DNA of 41,805 nucleotides from Bacteroidales bacterium (GCA_035389045.1 DAOORA010000036.1:1-41805), one strand, 5' to 3'; counted from the stretch's first letter, positions 18,585 to 27,071 are shown. Numbers and translations: made by a program. The notes: generated by a model from the letters alone, not told the origin.

Positions 18585-19805
18585 ATGAAAAAATCACTTA
18601 CAATGATGGTAATACTTGTTTTTACAAGTATTAGCTATGCACAACAACCCTGGTATGCCACAAATTTTAACTATGGTGGTCATGTTTATGCTTTAATAAC
18701 TGCTAATGATGGATCTATTATTGCTGGGAAAGATGATAAAGTTTTTCGATCTATTGATAGTGGGTTAACTTGGATACAAATGGCCAGCAATTTAAATGAA
18801 TCTATTAATTGTTTCACAAAGAAAACATCAAATGGTTATTTATTTGCAGGAACAGCCACAGGTGCCGGTAATCCTAACGGCGGAGTATATCGATCTATTA
18901 ATAATGGCATAAATTGGACAGGGCCATTGTTACCAAATATTAGAATTTCATCTATGACTGTAAACTCAAATGGAGTTATTTTTACAGGTAGTAATGGTTC
19001 GGCATCAACTGGTATTCGGCGTTCAATAGATAATGGTGTTTCATGGTCAACATCTGGATTGGAAACCTATGATATTTATACTTTAGCTAGTGATAATAAT
19101 GGGACTGTATATGCTGGAACTGGAAATGACGGTGCAATTTTTAAGTCTACAGATAACGGTCAATCTTGGATTCAAATTCATTACTGGGGACCGGCAACAT
19201 CTGTTCGTACTGTTGCCGTAAATGATTTAGGTGTTTTATTTGCAGTTATTTCTACAGGCGATTTAAATGTATCTTACGATGGTGGAATTACATGGCAAAC
19301 AAAAATATCTAATATCGACTTCTATGATAGCGCACCAATAAAGATTTTTTCGAATCAGATAGCTTTTTTAGGAACTTATGGTGAAGGTGTATATCAAACT
19401 ACAAATGGTGGTGCAAATTGGGTTCAAATTAATACTGGGTTGACAAATTTATACATACATTCATTAACAATTGACAATAATAACTCTGTTTATGCGGGTT
19501 CAATAAATCTAATATTTAAAAATGATAGCATCATACCACTTCCTATCCCCACAAATACACAGAATTTTTTGTTAGAACAAACATTTAATCTATATCCTAA
19601 TCCTGCAAGTGATAAAATTGAAGTAGAATCAATTAATATTGCATGCATTGAAATATTAAACTTACAAGGACTGATTATTCAAAAATCATATACACCAAAA
19701 ACAAATACAACTTTTGATATTTCAAATTTATCCAGTGGTGTTTACATTATAAAAGCAATAACAGAAAAAGGAATTATTATAACAAAGAATTTTATTAAAC
19801 AATAA
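18585..19805 (+). CDS. T9SS cargo protein with BNR/Asp-box beta-propeller
   Basis: Signal peptide; repeated S.D.G..W motifs; LYPNPA...SGVYII CTD. Confidence 0.88.
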   Translation: MKKSLTMMVILVFTSISYAQQPWYATNFNYGGHVYALITANDGSIIAGKDDKVFRSIDSGLTWIQMASNLNESINCFTKKTSNGYLFAGTATGAGNPNGGVYRSINNGINWTGPLLPNIRISSMTVNSNGVIFTGSNGSASTGIRRSIDNGVSWSTSGLETYDIYTLASDNNGTVYAGTGNDGAIFKSTDNGQSWIQIHYWGPATSVRTVAVNDLGVLFAVISTGDLNVSYDGGITWQTKISNIDFYDSAPIKIFSNQIAFLGTYGEGVYQTTNGGANWVQINTGLTNLYIHSLTIDNNNSVYAGSINLIFKNDSIIPLPIPTNTQNFLLEQTFNLYPNPASDKIEVESINIACIEILNLQGLIIQKSYTPKTNTTFDISNLSSGVYIIKAITEKGIIITKNFIKQ

Positions 19806-19931
19806 TCCCTTGTCTGTAATTCTCAATAAATATTGATATTTTTATTGGTATGTTTTGGGCTGGCTTAGCAAGAAAAATATTTACTAACAAGCAGTTATTA
19901 TAGTATTTTTTATAAAATTGCAGGATATTCT

Positions 19932-20378
19932 ATGCATAATAACGAAAAAGCCTATATATTCCTTGATATTGATGGCGTTCTGGCAACGAAAGAATGTTTT
20001 AATATTGATAAAAGCCTTTGGTATGATGCCTGGGCATATCCCTTTAATGAAAATTGTGTAAAAGTTTTAAACAAGATTTTATTAAAAACAGAAGCGGAGA
20101 TAATTCTTACTTCCGACTGGCGAAGAATTTTTGAAATAGATGAAATGGATAAAATTTTTATTTTTAATAAAGTCATTAAAAGCCCTGTTAATTATACTCT
20201 TGATCTGAATGACCGGGATAAAGAAATAAGGGAGTATGTTACCAGAGAGAAATTGTCAAGGTTTGTTATTATCGATGATTCTCTGTTAAAAGGATATAAA
20301 GAGAGATTAATCCGAACCGATCCGGAAAAAGGCTTGCAAGTGGAGCATTTAAAAAGAATTATTCAGTTGTTAAAATAA
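19932..20378 (+). CDS. HAD-superfamily phosphatase (HAD_SAK_2-like)
   Basis: FLDIDGVL motif I, ILTSDWR motif II, FVIIDD motif IV, GL near the C-terminus. Confidence 0.82.
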   Translation: MHNNEKAYIFLDIDGVLATKECFNIDKSLWYDAWAYPFNENCVKVLNKILLKTEAEIILTSDWRRIFEIDEMDKIFIFNKVIKSPVNYTLDLNDRDKEIREYVTREKLSRFVIIDDSLLKGYKERLIRTDPEKGLQVEHLKRIIQLLK

Positions 20379-20394
20379 AAGATTTCCTGTATGT

Positions 20395-21270
20395 ATGAAT
20401 CTCATAATAGAAACCGATCTTGGTTGCGACCCTGACGACTTTTATGCTATATGTTATATTATCTCTGCCGAAATTAATGTCAGGGCTATCACTATTTACC
20501 CTGGTGATAATGATCAGATGGCTTTTGTAAAATGGTTACTAAGAGAATTAGACTTGAATATTCCAATTGGGGCAAGTTCACTTAACAGGCAAAAAAGTTC
20601 ATTATCCGGGTTGCATACAAACCTTTTGAAAAAATATGGTCAACCACATACAGCGCTCCCTGATGGACTTGGCTCAGAAATAATTACGAACACATTTCAA
20701 GACTTTCCCGATAGTGAATTATTTATCATTGGCCCTCCTAAAAGCATGGGTATTTTCCTGTATGAAAACAAATCGGCAGAAATAAGCAGGGCAACAATTC
20801 AGGGCGGGTTTATCGGCTATGATGTGCATGGGTTGCCATGCAGAAGATTGAAAAAGTTTGAAGAAAAATCTACATTTCAAACCTATAATCTGAACGGCGA
20901 TATTTTTGGCTCTAAACAGATTCTGGAAGCAAACATCAAGCACCGTCAATTTGTTTCAAAAAATGTAAATCATACGATCATTTATGATAAAAATATTCAC
21001 GAAAGAATTATGGGCATTAAACCCAAGAACCGGGCAGGTGAAATATTAAGGGAAGCATTATGTTTGCAAGTTAAAGAATATGGCCCCAAAAAATTTCACG
21101 ATCCGATGGCTGCCGTATGCCATTTACATCCAGAAATTGCAACCTGGGTTAAGGCAAAATTATATAATATCGGTAATGAGTGGGGCGCCAATCTTGATGA
21201 TAATGGAGATAATATTATTATTGATGTTGATAGAGAAAAATTCTGGAAATGTATTGCAGAATCAAATTGA
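20395..21270 (+). CDS. Nucleoside hydrolase (IU-NH fold), DPDD variant
   Basis: IETDLGCDPDD N-terminal acidic motif, IIGP, IQGG, TYNL.GD, FHDP.AA. Confidence 0.78.
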   Translation: MNLIIETDLGCDPDDFYAICYIISAEINVRAITIYPGDNDQMAFVKWLLRELDLNIPIGASSLNRQKSSLSGLHTNLLKKYGQPHTALPDGLGSEIITNTFQDFPDSELFIIGPPKSMGIFLYENKSAEISRATIQGGFIGYDVHGLPCRRLKKFEEKSTFQTYNLNGDIFGSKQILEANIKHRQFVSKNVNHTIIYDKNIHERIMGIKPKNRAGEILREALCLQVKEYGPKKFHDPMAAVCHLHPEIATWVKAKLYNIGNEWGANLDDNGDNIIIDVDREKFWKCIAESN

Positions 21271-21360
21271 GAGGTCTATCTCCATGCTGGCGCGGAAATA
21301 CATTCCTGCTTTTTTAATATTCCAATTGTATCCCTTCGGTAAACTACATTTTATGAAGAA

Positions 21361-21505
21361 GTTGTCTCAAAATCACTTTTTGCAACTTTGTGCATCCCTT
21401 TAAATTTCTTGTATTAAATATAAGTAATTGAACCGCAAAGGATTACTAAGTACACACTAAGTTTCACTAAGGCAAAATACAAACAAATTTTGATTTTGAG
21501 ACGGC
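21361..21505. mobile_element. MITE-like element with GTCTCAAAATCA TIRs
   Basis: GTTGTCTCAAAATCA ... TGATTTTGAGACGGC; related ends at 34242-34325. Confidence 0.6.
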
Positions 21506-21547
21506 CGCAACATTCATGATGAAAATAATAAGAGTTTTTGTAAAAGA

Positions 21548-21571
21548 TTGTACGAAGTTTGTAAATTCGCA
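21548..21571 (+). repeat. Degenerate copy of the RAYT-associated REP
   Basis: TTGTACGAAGTTTGTAAATTCGCA vs TTGTGCGAAGTTTGCAACTTCGCA (21/24 identical). Confidence 0.55.
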
Positions 21572-21606
21572 TAACGGCGATTTATAATTACATAATAAAT
21601 ATTAAA

Positions 21607-24600
21607 ATGAAAAAGTCCATTAAATTCTCATTCCTTTTCTTCTTAATATCATTGTTGGTTACAAACCTGCAGGCACAATACCAGCCCGGCGACACCATAA
21701 GCATCCAGACTTTCACCTTTGGTTCGCCGCAAAATGCCAAGTTCCTGTTTCCTCCAGATACCGTTCGCGTGAACAAGATACTGATGTATTATACGCTGAA
21801 GTGCAACCCTGCACAAAACCCGGCATGCGGCGAATGGGATTACCTGACGAATACCTATTTGTATGAGCATACCGGTGTGCTCGATTCGACGCTGCTGAAT
21901 GCCCCCAGTTATAAGGTGAACGGCACCAGCCCCGACTCTGTTGAATTCATGTTTCAGCCGTCGTGGAGCTATTTTCCGCATTTTAATACACAAATTGTTT
22001 ACACGAACACATTGAGTTTTGATTCGACAGTATTTAACAGCGGAGTAATAATTTCTGAAAACCCTTTTAATGCTGCATATCCTGAAAGCCGTTCACAATA
22101 TTTATGGAAGGCTCCTGAATTACTTGCAGCAGGCCTTGACTCCGGCAACATCTCCGGCCTCAGATTTTTTATTCAGAATACGGGAAGCGAACTGAAAAAT
22201 CTTAAGGTACGAATAAAAAACACTGTCCTCGATTCATTGACATCCCTGAGTTTCGAAAGAGAAGGGCTGAGCGAGGTCTATTCAAATAATACGTCATTCC
22301 TTTCAACCGGCTGGAATGTCATTCATTTTACCACTCCTTTCACATGGGACGGAACGAGCAATATTGCCATCGATATATCTTTTGATAACGGGGTAACAGG
22401 AATAGCAAATGAAATTTTATCAGAGAATTCATTGCTGAAAACCGGCATCACTTCTGCCGGTTCCGACAAGTCTTTGTTTTTTTTGGGAAGCGATTTCGTG
22501 GACGTTCCCATAGAGGCCTTTGCAGCGATAGACAGTTTTATCACCGTTTCGTTCTGGCAATATGGCAATCCTCCTTTTCAGCCGCAGGACCAGATGCTCT
22601 TTGAAGCATATGATTCCCTTGATCAGAGAGTCATCAATTGCCATCTGCCCTGGTCGAATGCCAATGTATATTGGGATGCCGGAAACAACGGCTCAGCTAA
22701 TTATGACCGTATCTATAAAGCAGCCGGCACATCCGATTATGAAGGAAAATGGAATCATTGGGCATTTACGAAAAATGCTGCGACCGGAAACATGAAAATC
22801 TACCTGAACGGATTGTTGTGGCATTCGGGAACAGGAATGACAAGAAGAATGTCTGGAATAAACACAATGAAGATCGGTTCCGGTGCAACAGGCACATACA
22901 ATTACGACGGAAATATTGATGAATTTGCTGTATGGAATGTGGAACTTGATTCAGCGACGATCAGAAAATGGATGCGCAAAGATCTGGATGCGTCCCATCC
23001 TTTCAATTCATATCTTCAATTATATTATAAATTCAATGATAATGATCTCTATACTGCTGCTGATTCAAGCAATGGCAATAATAACGGCTCACTTTTCGGG
23101 CTTCCGGCTTATGTTTATACCAAAGGCAGCGATATCGTCCGAAATTTCACCGAAACAATGCTAAGACCAAATATAATTTTTGAACAGGGGATTTACGACT
23201 CGCACATTGATACGGTTATCACTATAGATTCTGTTCAGAAAGATCCTATGCAGATCGTCTTCTTCAGTGATTCCTTACAACCATTGATCCCAACGGACAC
23301 GCTTACCGTCTGGCCGGCCTGTTTCGATCATTATGTGTATGATCATTTGGGCGAAGCTGTTGATTCTGCTTTTGTGACGCCGGATTCCGTTATTTATCTT
23401 AAGAAATGGTATTACTTCAGCGAGCCTTTTGAAATTGTGAACAGATTTGAGCTCGGACGGTATATCACACCTTATGGTAACGGACTTTCGCTGGGAAACG
23501 GTGTTACATGGATCTATGATCTGAGTGATTACCGTACATTGCTCAAGGATTCTGTTCATCTCAGTGCAGGAAACTGGCAGGAACTGATGGATATGCGTTT
23601 TGAATTCATACTCGGAACGCCACCCCGTGACCCTTTAAGTGTGAAAAACTTGTGGAACGGGGATTTTGAATACGGGTTTCCAACAAACCCGATAGAGAGC
23701 CATCTTACTCCGAAGAAAGTTTATATCGCTCCGGAAGCATGGAATGTTCGCTGGAAGTCGCGTGTCACGGGTCATGGTATGGATACGCCGCAGAATTGCG
23801 CCGAGTTTTGCCCGAAATATCATTACTATAAAGTAAACGGGGTTCAGAAATATCAGCAACTGGTGTGGAGAGACGATTGTGCCCTGAACCCGCTTTATCC
23901 GCAGGGCGGTACCTGGGTTTATTCCCGGTCGAACTGGTGCCCCGGTGCGGAGGTGAGTACGTATGATTTTGAACTTTCGCCATACATCACTCCCGGAGAT
24001 TCGGTCACACTCGATCATGACGTTCAGCCTTATACTCATACCAGCGGCTGGGACTATTATCAGATAGAAGACCAGTTGATTACTTATGGAGCGCCTAATT
24101 TTACAAAAGATGCCGAAGTTTATACTATAAAAACTCCGTCCAAAACATACCAATACAAACGATTAAACCCGATATGTAATAATCCGCTGATTACCATACG
24201 CAACAATGGCAGCGATACTTTGAAAACACTGACCATTACTTATGGCCTTGAAGGCGGAACTCCAAGCACTTTCAACTGGTCCGGAAGCCTTTCTCCTTTT
24301 AAAACTGAAGATGTACAGCTTGAACATTTTTCATGGGCTGTAAACAGCGGGACATTTTTTGCAAGTGTTTCCCTGCCTGATGGCGCAACAGACGAGTATC
24401 CACTGAACGACAAAATGACAACGAAATATGATGGCACTCCTGAGTTTCCTGCTAATGTTATCTTCGAAGTCAGGACAAATAATTATCCTTATGAAAACGA
24501 ATTTACTGTAAAAGATGATTGGGGAAATATTATTCTTCACAAGACATTCACCCAGGCTAATACCACATACAGGGATACGGTACATTTTGATCCGGGGTGT

Positions 24601-25047
24601 TATGAATTCCGGCTTACCGATAATGATGATGACGGACTGTCCTGGTGGGCTGCTCCCGGCGATGGCTCCGGCTCATTTAGAATAAAAAGGGCGGAAAATG
24701 GCTTGATGTTCCGAACATATGGAAGCGATTTTGGCCGGGAAATCTACCAGCAGTTTACTGTTGGGTACAATTTGCCTGTCGATGAATTAAGCTCTGAGGT
24801 GTCGTTAACTATTTTTCCCAATCCCGCGGTAAATATATTTAATATTGATCTGTCATTGCCTTTTCAGCAGGATATAGATATTTGCATATATGACTGCATG
24901 GGCATGATGGTAAAACAAATTCACGAAAAAGATATTTCCGAAAAACAGATCATTGTTGATTTGTCTGACAAGTCTCCGGGGATTTATTTTGTGAATTTAA
25001 CATCGAAAAATTCGACAAAGACCATAAAACTTATATTACAGAACTAA
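21607..25047 (+). CDS. Peptide-N-glycosidase F-related T9SS cargo protein with LamG domain
   Basis: Signal peptide, CGEWDY, LamG (W.H.A...K.Y.NG...G.IDE..VWN..L), ELGRYITPYG, TGHG..CAEFC, RSNWCPG, IFPNPA...PGIYFV CTD. Confidence 0.88.
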   Translation: MKKSIKFSFLFFLISLLVTNLQAQYQPGDTISIQTFTFGSPQNAKFLFPPDTVRVNKILMYYTLKCNPAQNPACGEWDYLTNTYLYEHTGVLDSTLLNAPSYKVNGTSPDSVEFMFQPSWSYFPHFNTQIVYTNTLSFDSTVFNSGVIISENPFNAAYPESRSQYLWKAPELLAAGLDSGNISGLRFFIQNTGSELKNLKVRIKNTVLDSLTSLSFEREGLSEVYSNNTSFLSTGWNVIHFTTPFTWDGTSNIAIDISFDNGVTGIANEILSENSLLKTGITSAGSDKSLFFLGSDFVDVPIEAFAAIDSFITVSFWQYGNPPFQPQDQMLFEAYDSLDQRVINCHLPWSNANVYWDAGNNGSANYDRIYKAAGTSDYEGKWNHWAFTKNAATGNMKIYLNGLLWHSGTGMTRRMSGINTMKIGSGATGTYNYDGNIDEFAVWNVELDSATIRKWMRKDLDASHPFNSYLQLYYKFNDNDLYTAADSSNGNNNGSLFGLPAYVYTKGSDIVRNFTETMLRPNIIFEQGIYDSHIDTVITIDSVQKDPMQIVFFSDSLQPLIPTDTLTVWPACFDHYVYDHLGEAVDSAFVTPDSVIYLKKWYYFSEPFEIVNRFELGRYITPYGNGLSLGNGVTWIYDLSDYRTLLKDSVHLSAGNWQELMDMRFEFILGTPPRDPLSVKNLWNGDFEYGFPTNPIESHLTPKKVYIAPEAWNVRWKSRVTGHGMDTPQNCAEFCPKYHYYKVNGVQKYQQLVWRDDCALNPLYPQGGTWVYSRSNWCPGAEVSTYDFELSPYITPGDSVTLDHDVQPYTHTSGWDYYQIEDQLITYGAPNFTKDAEVYTIKTPSKTYQYKRLNPICNNPLITIRNNGSDTLKTLTITYGLEGGTPSTFNWSGSLSPFKTEDVQLEHFSWAVNSGTFFASVSLPDGATDEYPLNDKMTTKYDGTPEFPANVIFEVRTNNYPYENEFTVKDDWGNIILHKTFTQANTTYRDTVHFDPGCYEFRLTDNDDDGLSWWAAPGDGSGSFRIKRAENGLMFRTYGSDFGREIYQQFTVGYNLPVDELSSEVSLTIFPNPAVNIFNIDLSLPFQQDIDICIYDCMGMMVKQIHEKDISEKQIIVDLSDKSPGIYFVNLTSKNSTKTIKLILQN

Positions 25048-25090
25048 ATTGAAAACTAATATTGTTTTGTAAGTTTTGTATTTTCGCATA

Positions 25091-25172
25091 CAGTTGTGCG
25101 AAGTTTGCAAATCACATCAGTTGTGCGATCTTTGCAAATCGCATCAGTTGTGCGAAGTTTGCAACTTCGCAC
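25091..25172 (+). repeat. Three tandem REP hairpins (27-bp period)
   Basis: CAGTTGTGCGAAGTTTGCAAATCACAT / CAGTTGTGCGATCTTTGCAAATCGCAT / CAGTTGTGCGAAGTTTGCAACTTCGCAC. Confidence 0.9.
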
Positions 25173-25219
25173 TAAATAAAAGTTAGTCTGTGACTAACAA
25201 AATGCATTATATTTGAACT

Positions 25220-25569
25220 GTGGGATTCAAATACAAAATATACGACCAATCGCAAGCATATTATCTGACATTTACTGTAGTTCAGTGGGTTGATATCTTT
25301 AGCAGAAAAATCTACAAGGATATTATAATTGAAAGCTTAAAGCATTGTCAGAATAATAAAGGATTAAATATTTTTGCTTATGTTATTATGACAAATCATA
25401 TGCATTTGTTGGTTAATTCAGAAATAGGTGATTTGAGTCAGATCGTATGCGATTTTAAAAAATTTACCAGTAAAAAAATTATTAAAACCATTCAAACTGA
25501 ACCGGGAAGCAGAAAAGACTGGATGTTAAATTTGTTTTCATTTGAAGCAACAAAGCACGTGAATTTTAG
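25220..25569 (+). pseudogene. Internally deleted RAYT copy
   Basis: Near-identical to 25813-26150, then joined to the sequence of 26363 onward; about 212 bp including the catalytic Tyr are missing; GTG in place of ATG. Confidence 0.88.
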
Positions 25570-25599
25570 AAGGTGTAGTTACAAACTACAAATTTATAA

Positions 25600-25628
25600 G
25601 TGCGAAGTTGCAAACTTCGCACAACAAG
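25600..25628 (-). repeat. REP hairpin, inverted orientation
   Basis: GTGCGAAGTTGCAAACTTCGCACAACAAG; same at 26404, 26547 and 26690. Confidence 0.9.
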
Positions 25629-25737
25629 GGTTTATTTGTGAATTTAACATCGAAAAATTCGACAAAGACCATAAAATTTATAGTACAGAACTAAATTGAA
25701 AACTAATATTATTTTGTAAGTTTTGTATTTTCGCTTA
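25628..25737 (+). repeat. Second copy of the PNGase-like gene 3' end and downstream DNA
   Basis: Near-identical to 24979-25090. Confidence 0.9.
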
Positions 25738-25764
25738 CAGTTGTGCGAAGTTTGCAACTTCGCA
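25738..25764 (+). repeat. REP hairpin
   Basis: CAGTTGTGCGAAGTTTGCAACTTCGCA; also at 26794-26820 and degenerate at 26967-26996. Confidence 0.9.
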
Positions 25765-25812
25765 CTAAATAAACGTTAGTCTGCGACTAACAAAAAATAT
25801 TATTTTTGATCT

Positions 25813-26373
25813 ATGGGATTCAAATACAAAATATACGACCAATCGCAAGCATATTATCTGACATTTACTGTAGTTCAGTGGGTTGATATCTTTAGCAGAA
25901 AAATCTACAAGGATATTATAATTGAAAGCTTAAAGCATTGTCAGAATAATAAAGGATTAAATATTTTTGCTTATGTTATTATGACAAATCATATGCATTT
26001 GTTGGTTAATTCAGAAATAGGTGATTTGAGTCAGATCGTATGCGATTTTAAAAAATTTACCAGTAAAAAAATTATTAAAACCATTCAAACTGAACCGGAA
26101 AGCAGAAAAGACTGGATGTTAAATTTGTTTTCATTTGAAGCAAAAAAACATAGCAGAAACAAAAACTATCAGTTCTGGATTCAGGAAAATCATCCTATTG
26201 AAATTTTTTCTAATAAGTTTATAAAACAAAAGGTTGAATATATTCATAATAACCCTGTACGGGCCGGTATTGTTGAAAATCCGTGGGATTATTTATATTC
26301 GAGTGCCAGGAATTATGCTCGGGTGGAAAGTTTTTTAGATGTAATAATGCTTGATTTAAGTGGTGAATTTTAG
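25813..26373 (+). CDS. REP-associated tyrosine transposase (RAYT/TnpA-REP, Y1 HUH)
   Basis: YYLTFTVV.W, AYVIMTNHMHLL (HUH), DFKKFTS, FW, VEYIHNNPVRAG (catalytic Tyr), YSSA; flanked by inverted REPs. Confidence 0.93.
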   Translation: MGFKYKIYDQSQAYYLTFTVVQWVDIFSRKIYKDIIIESLKHCQNNKGLNIFAYVIMTNHMHLLVNSEIGDLSQIVCDFKKFTSKKIIKTIQTEPESRKDWMLNLFSFEAKKHSRNKNYQFWIQENHPIEIFSNKFIKQKVEYIHNNPVRAGIVENPWDYLYSSARNYARVESFLDVIMLDLSGEF

Positions 26374-26431
26374 AAGGTGTAGTTACAAACTACAAATTTA
26401 TAAGTGCGAAGTTGCAAACTTCGCACAACAA

Positions 26432-26717
26432 GGATTATTTATATTCGAGTGCCAGGAATTATGCTGGTATGGAAGGTTTATTAGATGTGATAATGATTGA
26501 TTTGAATGATAATTAAAGGTGTAGTTACAAACTACAAATTATTTCAGTGCGAAGTTGCAAACTTCGCACAACAAGGATTATTTATATTCGAGTGCCAGGA
26601 ATTATGCTGGTATGGAAGGTTTATTAGATGTGATAATGATTGATTTGAATGATAATTAAAGGTGTAGTTACAAACTACAAATTATTTCAGTGCGAAGTTG
26701 CAAACTTCGCACAACAA
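26432..26717 (+). repeat. Two identical 143-bp units: variant RAYT 3' end + tail + inverted REP
   Basis: 26432-26574 = 26575-26717; homologous to 26286-26431. Confidence 0.93.
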
Positions 26718-26718
26718 G

Positions 26719-26793
26719 TTTAACAACGAAAAATTCGATAAGACCGTGAAACTCATATTACAGCACTAATTGAAAACTAATATAGTTTTTATA
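26719..26793 (+). repeat. Third, more diverged copy of the PNGase-like gene 3' end
   Basis: TTAACAACGAAAAATTCGATAAGACCGTGAAACTCATATTACAGCACTAATTGAAAACTAATAT vs 24997-25062. Confidence 0.85.
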
Positions 26794-27071
26794 CAGTTGT
26801 GCGAAGTTTGCAACTTCGCATTGAGTTTTTCTTGATATTGTTTTTGTCCTTGCATGATTAAAATTACGAAAAAACATCATGCTATAATATTGCAAAACAA
26901 ATAGTTATCAACTTTTTATTGTTAGTATTAACATAGCCATTATAGTATTTTGAGAATTAAATCGTTGTTGTGCAACAGACACTTGCAACTTCGCACCTAA
27001 TTCATTAACCTAAGTTTTGTATTTTCGCTTCCTGATTTACAACAGTTAGCAAATTTAACTTTAGATTTTTC

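Noticed and set aside
26404..26718. CRISPR array (palindromic ~29-bp repeats at regular spacing)
   Set aside because: Spacers are about 114 bp, identical to each other and derived from the adjacent RAYT; repeats occur in both orientations across the locus; no cas genes
24979..26793. Diversity-generating retroelement (duplicated gene 3' end as TR/VR)
   Set aside because: No reverse transcriptase in the window, and differences between copies are not confined to adenines
11470..27030. Prophage or integrative conjugative element
   Set aside because: No integrase, phage structural or conjugation genes, and no att-like direct repeats seen at the block edges
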